From an uncultured delta proteobacterium (GTDB lineage Bacteria; Desulfobacterota; WTBG01; CAIYCZ01), in NCBI GenBank assembly GCA_963803975.1, contig CAWDOY010000002.1, positions 1-49,865 of the forward strand: 49,865 nucleotides of DNA. Direction: 5' to 3'. A program made the position numbers and the translations under genes. Positions 20,236 to 28,895 of the stretch are shown here, one piece after another (within the stretch, counting starts at the first letter, position 1; the number at the start of each line of letters is the position of its first letter). Under the pieces are notes generated by a model. That model was not told the DNA's origin and did no database searches. It worked only from the letters and a program-made list of their open reading frames with translations.

Positions 20236-22428
20236 ATGAAACACGTCTCGTTCCTCTTCTGTATCCACAACCACCAGCCGGTCGGAAATTTTGATCATAT
20301 CTTTCGCGCCGCCTTTGACCGCGCCTACGCTCCCTTTCTCTCCCTTTTAGAAAAGCATCCTGCGATTAAGACCACGCTCCATTTTTCCGGGCCTTTGCTT
20401 GAGTGGCTTGAAGCAGAGCAGCCTGAGTTTCTCGGGCGCATTAAAAACCTGGTTGATAAAGGGCAGGTTGAACTGCTGGGGGGCGGGTTCTATGAGCCGA
20501 TCTTTTCCATGCTCAGGGAGCGGGATATTCTCGGCCAGATAGGGATGATGAGCGACTTTATCCGGGAAAAATACGGCCGGGCCCCGGCCGGCATCTGGCT
20601 TGCTGAACGGGTCTGGGAGCCTGAGCTGCCGCGCGTTATAGCGCCCGCCGGGCTCTCCTATACCCTCCTTGACAGCACCCACTTTTTATATGCCGGCCTG
20701 TCGCCCGAAGAAATCCATGGATACTTTGTCACAGAAAAAGAAGGCTATCCCCTGGCCCTGTTCCCCATCGACATGACGCTTCGCTACAGCGTCCCCTTTC
20801 AGCAGCCGGAAAAGACCATCGAATACCTGCTGTTCCGCGCCAGTGACTGCAAGGAGGTGGCTATAACCTACGGCGATGACGGCGAGAAGTTCGGCATGTG
20901 GCCGGGCACCCATGCCTGGGTCTATGAAAAGGGCTGGCTTGAGGCGTTTTTCACCCTTCTGGAGAAAAACCAGAAGACCATCAGCATGGAGCTCTTTTCC
21001 GATCACCAGGCAGCTCACCCGCCGCAAGGCCCCATTTACCTGCCCACCCTTTCTTATGCAGAGATGATGGAATGGGCGCTGCCGGCAGATGCCGGTATCA
21101 GGTATGAAGAACTGGTCGAGCGCCTGCGCAGCCTGCAGATCAGGGATAAGTACGCAGCTTTTTTGCGCGGCGGCTACTGGAACAATTTTATGGTGAAATA
21201 CCCGGAGAGCAATCAGATGCATAAAAAAATGCTGCTGGTGAGTGAAAAGCTCGAGCAGTGGGAACAGTCTGTCGGAGGCCCGGGTGACGCTATCGACATC
21301 AAGGCGGCACAGCGGGAGCTCTATAAAGCTCAATGTAACGGTGCTTACTGGCACGGGCTGTTCGGGGGCATTTATCTCAATTACCTGCGCCATGCCGTCT
21401 ATGAACATCTCATCAGCGCGGAGAATATTATCGATGCCGCCCGGTCCGGCACCGCTCCCTGGATCAGCTACAGCGTGTGCGATTTTGACCGGGATCTGTC
21501 CCGGGAAATTTTAGTATCAGCGCGCTCTTTTAATGCCTATTTTACTCCCCGCTACGGCGGAGCTTTATTTGAGCTTGACTTTAAACCCCGCTCCTTTAAT
21601 CTCACCGATGTGGTGTCACGCAAAATGGAAGCCTACCACCGGAAGCTAAAGCTCCCGGAAGAAAAACTGCCTGCTCCCCGGCCGGGGGACCAGCCGCGTT
21701 CCCTGCACCACAATGCTGCGCCTCAGGCCGACGACGTCCCTGACCAACTCTTCTATGACTGGTACCGGCGCTATTCATTCCTTGACCATTTTCTGGGTGA
21801 AATGACAACGCTGGAAAATTTCTCGCGCTGTCAATACACAGAACGGGGGGACTTTATCAACCAGCCGTACACCATAGAACAGATTGAACAGGCGACCGCT
21901 GCACCGTGTGTTACCCTGACCCTCAAACGGCAGGGGCTGGTGTGGGAAAAAGATCGCCAGATACCGCTCACGGTACGGAAGCAGTTTTCGCTCAATGATG
22001 CGCACCAGACCCTTGCGGCAGCGTACGGCATTACCAATGAGAGTCCCCGGGCCGCAGACCTCTGGTTCGGGATTGAATTTAATTTCACGCTCCTTGCGGG
22101 AAATGATCCGCTCCGGCAGTATACTATCCCTGCTCATGCGGCACCGTGCGCCCTCAATACAACGGGCGCTGTTACGCAGGTGGCACAGCTGGCGCTGAAA
22201 GATGAATGGGCCGGCCTCAGCCTTGACCTGGCACTCTCCCCTGAAGCTGTTGTGTGGCGTTTTCCGCTGGAGACGGTGTCACGGTCAGAGGACGGCCTGG
22301 AAAAAACCTTCCAGGGATCTACCCTTCTGGCACACTGGAAAATCAGGCTCCAGCCCCGGGAGGAAAAGAAATTTTTAATACATTTAAGCTTGCATGAATT
22401 ATTAAAAAAAGCCGATGATAAAGCCTGA
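20236..22428 (+). CDS. GH57 alpha-amylase / 4-alpha-glucanotransferase (DUF1925/DUF1926)
   Basis: HNHQPVGNF, GGFYEP, WLAERVWEP, DDGEKFG, YWHGLFGG. Confidence 0.93.
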   Translation: MKHVSFLFCIHNHQPVGNFDHIFRAAFDRAYAPFLSLLEKHPAIKTTLHFSGPLLEWLEAEQPEFLGRIKNLVDKGQVELLGGGFYEPIFSMLRERDILGQIGMMSDFIREKYGRAPAGIWLAERVWEPELPRVIAPAGLSYTLLDSTHFLYAGLSPEEIHGYFVTEKEGYPLALFPIDMTLRYSVPFQQPEKTIEYLLFRASDCKEVAITYGDDGEKFGMWPGTHAWVYEKGWLEAFFTLLEKNQKTISMELFSDHQAAHPPQGPIYLPTLSYAEMMEWALPADAGIRYEELVERLRSLQIRDKYAAFLRGGYWNNFMVKYPESNQMHKKMLLVSEKLEQWEQSVGGPGDAIDIKAAQRELYKAQCNGAYWHGLFGGIYLNYLRHAVYEHLISAENIIDAARSGTAPWISYSVCDFDRDLSREILVSARSFNAYFTPRYGGALFELDFKPRSFNLTDVVSRKMEAYHRKLKLPEEKLPAPRPGDQPRSLHHNAAPQADDVPDQLFYDWYRRYSFLDHFLGEMTTLENFSRCQYTERGDFINQPYTIEQIEQATAAPCVTLTLKRQGLVWEKDRQIPLTVRKQFSLNDAHQTLAAAYGITNESPRAADLWFGIEFNFTLLAGNDPLRQYTIPAHAAPCALNTTGAVTQVAQLALKDEWAGLSLDLALSPEAVVWRFPLETVSRSEDGLEKTFQGSTLLAHWKIRLQPREEKKFLIHLSLHELLKKADDKA

Positions 22429-22517
22429 TAAAAATCAGCCGGTAGCTTGCAACGGAAATTAATAACGGCTGTTTACCAAGCACTGACAGCGTAACGTTTT
22501 TAATAAGGAGTATCCGC

Positions 22518-23534
22518 GTGCCTGAATTACGCAAAGACCCGGTTATTGGAAGATGGGTTATCATTTCAACTGAACGGGGCAAACGTCCTTCCGATCTGGC
22601 CGTTGAAGCACCGAAAAGTCGGGGCGGATTCTGCCCGCTGTGTCCGGGCAATGAAGACAAAACACCGCCCGAGGTTTTTTCCGTCCGTGAACCGGATACC
22701 CTGCCGGACAAGCCGGGCTGGACCCTCAGGGTAGTGCCCAATAAATTTCCTGCCCTGGTGGGCGAAGGCGACCTCAATAAACGGGGCGACGGGATCTATG
22801 ATCTCATGAACGGGTTTGGCGTCCATGAAGTTATCGTTGAAACGCCGGATCACGCAGCCACCGCCTCAACGCTCACCGTAGAGCAGTTTAAAAATATCCT
22901 GCTTGCCTACCGGCTGCGGATGCTGGAACTGAAACAGGATAAGCGTCTGCGCTACATCGCTATCTTTAAGAACTGCGGCGAAGTAGCCGGCGCCTCCCTT
23001 GAGCACCCTCATTCCCAGCTCATCGCCCTTCCGGTAGTGCCCAAGCGGCCGCTTGAGGAGATGGCGGGGGCTCAGTCCTATTACACCTTTAAAGAGCGCT
23101 GTATCTACTGTGATATCATCCGCCAGGAGCTTTTAAATAAATCCCGGGTGGTGATGGAAAACAGCGACTTTGTGGCCATCGAGCCCTTTGCTCCCCGGTT
23201 TCCGTTTGAGACCTGGGTTCTGCCGCTGGAACACCGCTGCTCATTTGAAACGACCCCGCTGGAAAAATTCTCGGCGCTCGCCGAGCTGTTCAGCACCGTG
23301 CTTAAAAAAATCAACAGCGCCCTGAGCTTCCCGCCGTACAACTATATGCTGCACACCGCACCGCTTGACAGCAGTGATAGTGCCTATGATCACTGGCATT
23401 TTGAAATAATACCCCGGCTCACCAAGGTCGCAGGCTTTGAATGGGGCTCGGGGTTCTACATCAACCCGACGCCGCCGGAGGATGCTGCCATGTATCTGCG
23501 GGAGGCGTATCCGGCAGACACCAGTAACCGGTAG
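22518..23534 (+). CDS. galT: Galactose-1-phosphate uridylyltransferase family protein
   Basis: ELRKDPV, CPLCPGNE, PNKFPAL, GASLEHPHSQ catalytic motif, AGFEWGSG. Confidence 0.93.
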   Translation: MPELRKDPVIGRWVIISTERGKRPSDLAVEAPKSRGGFCPLCPGNEDKTPPEVFSVREPDTLPDKPGWTLRVVPNKFPALVGEGDLNKRGDGIYDLMNGFGVHEVIVETPDHAATASTLTVEQFKNILLAYRLRMLELKQDKRLRYIAIFKNCGEVAGASLEHPHSQLIALPVVPKRPLEEMAGAQSYYTFKERCIYCDIIRQELLNKSRVVMENSDFVAIEPFAPRFPFETWVLPLEHRCSFETTPLEKFSALAELFSTVLKKINSALSFPPYNYMLHTAPLDSSDSAYDHWHFEIIPRLTKVAGFEWGSGFYINPTPPEDAAMYLREAYPADTSNR

Positions 23535-23549
23535 GGCAGGGAGAAGGCC

Positions 23550-23906
23550 GTGAAAAGGATATTAGTCGTAGATGATGAAGAGAGCATCAGGCTCCTGTAC
23601 CAGGAAGAACTGCAGGAACAGGGCTATGAAGTGATTCTGGCCTGCAACGCTGATGAAGCCATTGAGCAATTTACCGCAACCAGTCCCGACCTGGTCATCC
23701 TTGATATCAAGATGCCGGGACGCAGCGGCATTGAAGCGCTGCAGATAATCCGCGAGCAGTCACGTGATGTGCCGGTAATTTTAAGCACTGCCTACGGCGA
23801 GTACAAGCAGAACCTGGAGACCTGGGCCTCTGATGCCTACGTGGTAAAGTCAGCAAACATGGACAACCTGATACAAAAGGTGCGGGAAATACTGTCCCGG
23901 ACATAA
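23550..23906 (+). CDS. Single-domain response regulator receiver
   Basis: ILVVDDE, LDIKMP, STAY, YVVKS; 118 aa without output domain. Confidence 0.92.
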   Translation: MKRILVVDDEESIRLLYQEELQEQGYEVILACNADEAIEQFTATSPDLVILDIKMPGRSGIEALQIIREQSRDVPVILSTAYGEYKQNLETWASDAYVVKSANMDNLIQKVREILSRT

Positions 23907-23966
23907 GCGTTTTATAGCGGGATGCGCGCTCGCGAAACCGGAACCGAAACAGCATAAGGACACCCT

Positions 23967-25358
23967 ATGGCAACAGCCATTGCAGAACACGGGCTGAAGG
24001 AGAAACTCGAGTCATATAAACAGGATCATATCCTTCAATACCTTGACCTCATGCCGGCAGCAGAACAGAAAGCCCTGCTCGAAGACCTGAGCGAAATTAA
24101 TTTTGCACAGCTTGCAGCACGCTATCAGACCTATTTGAGAAGCCTGAGCGCGGGCAGCGGAGAAAAAGTTTTTGACACCGCGGAAATCCTTGCTCCGCCG
24201 TTCAGTAAAAACTTCATCTCCCTGGGAGAAGATTATTTGCGTGAGGGAAAAGTGGGAGTCTTTCTTGTTGCCGGCGGCCAGGGAACACGGCTCGGGTTCA
24301 AGGGCCCCAAGGGATGCTTCCCCCTCTCCCCGGTTAAGAGTAAAAGCCTGTTCCAGCTCTTCAGCGAATCCATACGCGCGCTTGAGCGCCGCTACGGCCG
24401 GCGCCTCTGCTGGTATATCATGACCTCACGGGAGAACGACGCCCAGACCAGGAGCTTTTTCAGCGACAACCAGTATTTCGGTCTCGCGCCTGATCACGTC
24501 TCCTTCCTGGTGCAGGCAGAGCTCCCGTCCCTTGACCGCGAGGGCAAACTGCTGCTGAGCCGTAACCGGCTCGTGTCTAAAAATCCTGATGGGCACGGAG
24601 GAGCGCTCACGGCCATGAACGCGTCAGGGGCTCTCCGGGACATGCAGGAAAAGGGCATAGAAGAGCTTTTCTATTTCCAGGTCGATAATCCCCTTGCCAG
24701 GATTGCTGATCCGGTGTTCATCGGCGCCCACGTTGAGCATCAGGCGGAGATGTCAACCAAGGTGGTGGAGAAGACCGACCCTTTAGAGCGGGTCGGCATC
24801 ATCGGGAAAATAAACGGGCGCATGGGCTGTATTGAATACAGCGAACTCACCCCTGCGGAGACGGCAGAGAAAAAGGCAGACGGCACCTTGCGCTTTGCCA
24901 GCGCCAATACTGCCATCCACATGCTGAAGCGCAGCTTTATAGAAAAGCTGACCCGGGACCAGGGCTCGGCCCTGCCCTGCCATATCGCCGTGAAGGATAT
25001 AGAATGCCTCGCCGTGCAGGGCGGCACGCTCATGCCAATGACCGGGAAGGGAATTAAATTCGAAATGTTTATCTTTGATGCCCTGGGTTTTGCGAAACGC
25101 TCGGTGACCATGCAGGTGAAACGCGAGGAGGAGTTCTCTCCGGTGAAAAATTTTGACGGGGTTGATTCGCCGAAGACCGCGAAGAGGGCCATGATACAGC
25201 TTTTCACCCAATGGCTTAAAAATTCCGGGAAAGCTCCCCAATGCCCGGATGACCTGGTTATAGAAGTAAGCCCGCTGTACGCTCTTGATGAAGCTGAATT
25301 CCGGAAAAATTTTACCCCTCCTTCTTCCTTTTCTTCACCGCTTTACCTGGGGCCATAA
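23967..25358 (+). CDS. UDPGP type 1 / UDP-N-acetylhexosamine pyrophosphorylase family protein
   Basis: AGGQGTRLG..PKG, YIMTS, PDGHGG, QVDNP, IEYSEL, KFEMFIFD, EFSPVKN. Confidence 0.92.
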   Translation: MATAIAEHGLKEKLESYKQDHILQYLDLMPAAEQKALLEDLSEINFAQLAARYQTYLRSLSAGSGEKVFDTAEILAPPFSKNFISLGEDYLREGKVGVFLVAGGQGTRLGFKGPKGCFPLSPVKSKSLFQLFSESIRALERRYGRRLCWYIMTSRENDAQTRSFFSDNQYFGLAPDHVSFLVQAELPSLDREGKLLLSRNRLVSKNPDGHGGALTAMNASGALRDMQEKGIEELFYFQVDNPLARIADPVFIGAHVEHQAEMSTKVVEKTDPLERVGIIGKINGRMGCIEYSELTPAETAEKKADGTLRFASANTAIHMLKRSFIEKLTRDQGSALPCHIAVKDIECLAVQGGTLMPMTGKGIKFEMFIFDALGFAKRSVTMQVKREEEFSPVKNFDGVDSPKTAKRAMIQLFTQWLKNSGKAPQCPDDLVIEVSPLYALDEAEFRKNFTPPSSFSSPLYLGP

Positions 25359-25504
25359 CAACAAACCTTGTATCGTGGAATCGGGAACTCACGAAATCGG
25401 GAAATTTTTTACTTTTTTTATTCCTGAGCCCCAGGTTGAACTTCTTTCCGGCGTTGCAGTTACCAATGGTCTCTGATTGACCGTATTGGGATACTAATAA
25501 TTAT

Positions 25505-27949
25505 ATGGCTCACGAACATCTCGTCGAGGTCGCGGTAAACCTTCCCCTGCACAAAAATTTTACCTATCAGCTCCCGCCATCCTATGCCGGCAATGCGCAG
25601 ATAGGCATGCGGGTGATCGTCCCGTTTGGCAAAAAAACCCTCACCGGGTATGTGGTGGGGTTCCCGAAGACGGCACCGCACGAGGCGCTTAAAGAAGTTG
25701 CGGACCTGCTTGATGAGGAGCCGCTCTTCGGCACCGACGATCTCGAGTTTTATCAGTGGATTGCAAGCTACTACTACTGCCCGCTGGGGCAAACCATTGC
25801 CGCTGCCCTTCCCCAGGGCATCAACACCTCCTACAGCCAGCTCTTTTCCATTACTGAGGCGGGGCACGTCGCTCTTCAGAAGGAGTCAGTCTCCGGGGTG
25901 AGCCTCTCGATCCTCCGGGCTCTGGCAGCGGAGAAAGAAACCCCTCTTAAAAAATTAGAAAAAACTATTGGCCGGCGCAACCTCTATTACTCCCTTTCCG
26001 GGCTGCGCAAACAGGGCTTTATCCTCTTTGACGAAAAAAAAGTGCGGACCGGCATCCGGATTAAAAAAGAAACCTGGGCTGCTGCTGCAGAGTCTGACGG
26101 GTGGGAGACTTTAAAGGGAAAGCAGCAGGCCATCTACCGGTTCCTCGCGGAAAACGGCATTGCTTCCCTGCGGGTCATTAATGAACAATTCAAAAACGCG
26201 GGCCCGGCAATCAAATCCCTGGTGGCAAAAGGAGCTGTTGCATGCTCTGAGCGGGAGGTGTTGCGCCGGCCGGCGCCGGTTGAAAATATTTTTCCCGAGC
26301 CAATACATGCCCTCACCGCAGAACAGAAAGACATCCTCATAACCTTACGGAAGGGAATCGCAGAGAGAGTTTTTTTTCCGTTTCTTCTGTACGGCGTGAC
26401 CGGCAGCGGCAAGACTGAAGTGTATCTGCAGGTCATGGAAGAGACCCTGGCACAGGGGCGGCAGTGCCTGCTGCTGGTTCCGGAAATTGCCCTCACCGCC
26501 CAGCTCTGGGACCGCGTGTGCTCGCGCATCAAGGCGAGCGTATCCATGCTGCACAGCAGTCTTTCGGGCGCCGAGCGCTTTGATGCCTGGCGCATGATCC
26601 GCCGCGGCGAGATACAAATCGTCATCGGCGCACGCTCCGCAATATTCGCCTCGTTTAAAGACCTGGGGGCCATAATTGTCGATGAGGAGCATGACCCGTC
26701 CTACAAGCAGGATGGCGCGCCCCGCTACAGCGCCCGGGACCTTGCCCTCATCAAGGGCAGGCTTGCAAGGGCGCTGGTTATCCTGGGCTCTGCAACCCCG
26801 TCTCTTGAATCATATCACAATGCCCTGACAAAAAAGTATCAGCTGGGGCTCCTTCCCCGGCGCATCGAAGACCGGGCACTTCCGCAGATAACCATTGTCG
26901 ATCTGCGGCTGGGCAGTAATGCCGGGGGAGCAGGGCAGAGCATTATCTCTGCGCCCCTGAAGGATGCAATTGCCCGGAGGATGGACAAGGGGGAGCAGTG
27001 CCTGCTCTTTCTGAACCGCCGCGGTTTTGCCCCGCTGTATCTCTGCCAGCAGTGCGGCTATACCTTCCGCTGTCCAAACTGTGATGTCTCCCTCATTCAT
27101 CACTACCGCGACAAGAAGCTTCGCTGCCACTACTGCGACCTTTCAACACCGCTTCCCGAGAGCTGTCCGCAGTGCAAGAGCTTTTTTCTTATACCGCTCG
27201 GGTGGGGGACCGAGCGGCTGGAGAAGGAGATACAGCTTCTGTTTCCTGAGGCGCGCACCGCCCGGATGGACCGCGACACGACTGCAGCCAAAGGCGCAAC
27301 GCGTAATTTACTGAAGCGCATTATACAGGGCGATCTGGACATTCTCATCGGAACGCAGATGATTGCCAAGGGCCATCATCTGCCGGGCGTCACGCTGGTC
27401 GGCGTGTTGTGCGCTGATCATTCGCTTAATTTCCCCGACTACCGGGCCGGCGAGCGCACGTTTCAGCTGCTCACGCAGGTGGCCGGGAGGGCAGGCCGGG
27501 GTGCTGTTCACGGTGCGGTTTATATTCAAACGTACCATCCGGAGCATTACAGCATCATCTGTGCTCGAGAGCACAACTATCAGAAATTTTTCTCTGCGGA
27601 AATGAAGCACCGCCAGGAGCTTGGTTATCCGCCATGCACCAGGATGATTAACTTCAGGCTGGAAGGAAATAATCAGGAGCGGCTTATTAAATATGCCCGT
27701 GATCTGGGAAATGCCGCTGAACAGCTCAGGTCGCAGGGCAGGCTCACGGGCCATGTGGAGATTCTCGGACCGGCACCCGCGCCGTGGGGAAAAATAAAGG
27801 GCAAGTACCGCTATCAGATGCTCCTGAAAAGCCCGCACCTGCAATCACTGCGGCTTCTTGCGTCGCGCATTCTGAACCACGCCCAGCCCCGCCTTAAGGC
27901 AAGCGGCGTCAGCCTCTCGGTTGATGTTGATCCGGTCTTTATTCTATAG
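25505..27949 (+). CDS. priA: Primosomal protein N' (replication restart helicase)
   Basis: GVTGSGKTEVY, VPEIALT, DEEHD, LNRRGF, four CxxC zinc motifs, QVAGRAGR, DVDP end. Confidence 0.97.
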   Translation: MAHEHLVEVAVNLPLHKNFTYQLPPSYAGNAQIGMRVIVPFGKKTLTGYVVGFPKTAPHEALKEVADLLDEEPLFGTDDLEFYQWIASYYYCPLGQTIAAALPQGINTSYSQLFSITEAGHVALQKESVSGVSLSILRALAAEKETPLKKLEKTIGRRNLYYSLSGLRKQGFILFDEKKVRTGIRIKKETWAAAAESDGWETLKGKQQAIYRFLAENGIASLRVINEQFKNAGPAIKSLVAKGAVACSEREVLRRPAPVENIFPEPIHALTAEQKDILITLRKGIAERVFFPFLLYGVTGSGKTEVYLQVMEETLAQGRQCLLLVPEIALTAQLWDRVCSRIKASVSMLHSSLSGAERFDAWRMIRRGEIQIVIGARSAIFASFKDLGAIIVDEEHDPSYKQDGAPRYSARDLALIKGRLARALVILGSATPSLESYHNALTKKYQLGLLPRRIEDRALPQITIVDLRLGSNAGGAGQSIISAPLKDAIARRMDKGEQCLLFLNRRGFAPLYLCQQCGYTFRCPNCDVSLIHHYRDKKLRCHYCDLSTPLPESCPQCKSFFLIPLGWGTERLEKEIQLLFPEARTARMDRDTTAAKGATRNLLKRIIQGDLDILIGTQMIAKGHHLPGVTLVGVLCADHSLNFPDYRAGERTFQLLTQVAGRAGRGAVHGAVYIQTYHPEHYSIICAREHNYQKFFSAEMKHRQELGYPPCTRMINFRLEGNNQERLIKYARDLGNAAEQLRSQGRLTGHVEILGPAPAPWGKIKGKYRYQMLLKSPHLQSLRLLASRILNHAQPRLKASGVSLSVDVDPVFIL

Positions 27950-27973
27950 GCCGTGCTTCAGCACCCGTGAATA

Positions 27974-28065
27974 AGCGGGTAGGCTGCAGGGCTCGCGCCC
28001 TACACCTCCCACACCACCAGACAGAGAACTTCCACCTCCAAGTGTCTGCGCCCTACCGGGCGCAC
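27974..28065 (-). mobile_element. Internally deleted group IIC intron remnant (5' end fused to 3' half of domain V and domain VI)
   Basis: Minus strand starts GTGCGCCCGGTAGGGCG...GGAGGTGGAAGT and ends GGTGGTGTGGGAGG-TGTAGGG-C-GCGA-G-CCCTGCA-G-CCT-A-CCC with bulged branch A and GNRA loop. Confidence 0.65.
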
Positions 28066-28109
28066 AATAGAAAAGAAAGTAGGACGCTGACCCCTTTTCC
28101 CCGTTTTAG

Positions 28110-28494
28110 TGGCTTATTAATAGAACTGCCGCTTCCTCCACCAGAACTGAGGAGGTAGTGGTTGGTTGTCGGCTGCACGGTCGTGGTAGTTGTCGGCACC
28201 AGTGCAAGGTACTGCTGGAGGAAAGTACCGGCGCCAAATCGTGTACCGGATACTGGGGTACAATCAGTGGACTGCTCAGTTTTTGAGCACCTTTGGCACC
28301 ATACATCAACTGCGGTTGGCATAGCAGAGGATCACAGACCCGGGCAGAACAACGGTGTAAGGGATAGATATGCCTGAATGAGTGTCACCGGCAAACTGTT
28401 CTTCAAATGTGGTAATGCTGCCACCATTTTTATTCGCATGAGAGGTAAAACTGACAAAAAATGATGTCCTGCCCTGCCATGGCAGGTGCATCAA
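28110..28494 (-). pseudogene. Decayed fragment of a Thr-rich surface protein paralog (HYR/PKD-like remnant + linker)
   Basis: Broken frames give PTAVD..CTPVSGTRFGAGT (HYR-like) and VPTTTTTVQPTT..SGGGSG; 36 nt are 35/36 identical (inverted) to 29307-29342. Confidence 0.55.
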
Positions 28495-28720
28495 TGGAAT
28501 TTTTAATCAAGCGTTTCTATGTTCGCTTGATTTGGGACAAGCCTATTTTAACTCTTCATTTTCCCGAAATAGGATTCTAAATACGTTAACTGCGCAAATC
28601 CTTTTGAAGCCCCTCTATTACTTGAACTGAGTATGAAATAGAATACTCTACCATCCAAAATTGGCCAGAATATCCCGCCACTTGGGGCGTTGATAGCCGA
28701 ATTCAAGCGTTTTCTTTGGT

Positions 28721-28736
28721 TGGTATAAACTTTGCT
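28721..28736 (+). promoter_or_regulatory. Sigma-54 (-24/-12) promoter
   Basis: TGGTATAAACTTTGCT with GG-N10-GC spacing, ~40 nt upstream of the riboswitch. Confidence 0.6.
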
Positions 28737-28777
28737 TTCGATTTAATATCATTATTAGTAATTATTAACAAATAAAG

Positions 28778-28874
28778 TCGTTACCGAAAAAGGCAAACTA
28801 TCTGAAAAGGTAGGACGCAAAGCCACTGGCCTAAGTCCGTTTCTAAAGGATATGGCAGCAGGGTTGCCGGGCGA
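28778..28874 (+). ncRNA. c-di-GMP-I (GEMM-I) riboswitch
   Basis: GGCAAAC-TATCT-GAAA-AGGTAG-GACGCAAAGCCACTGGCCTAAG...ATGGCAGCAGGGTTGCC matches GEMM-I: GNRA P2 loop, GACGCAAAG junction, CTAA receptor in P3. Confidence 0.9.
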
Positions 28875-28895
28875 ATACAGTACCTCTCAGGGAAT

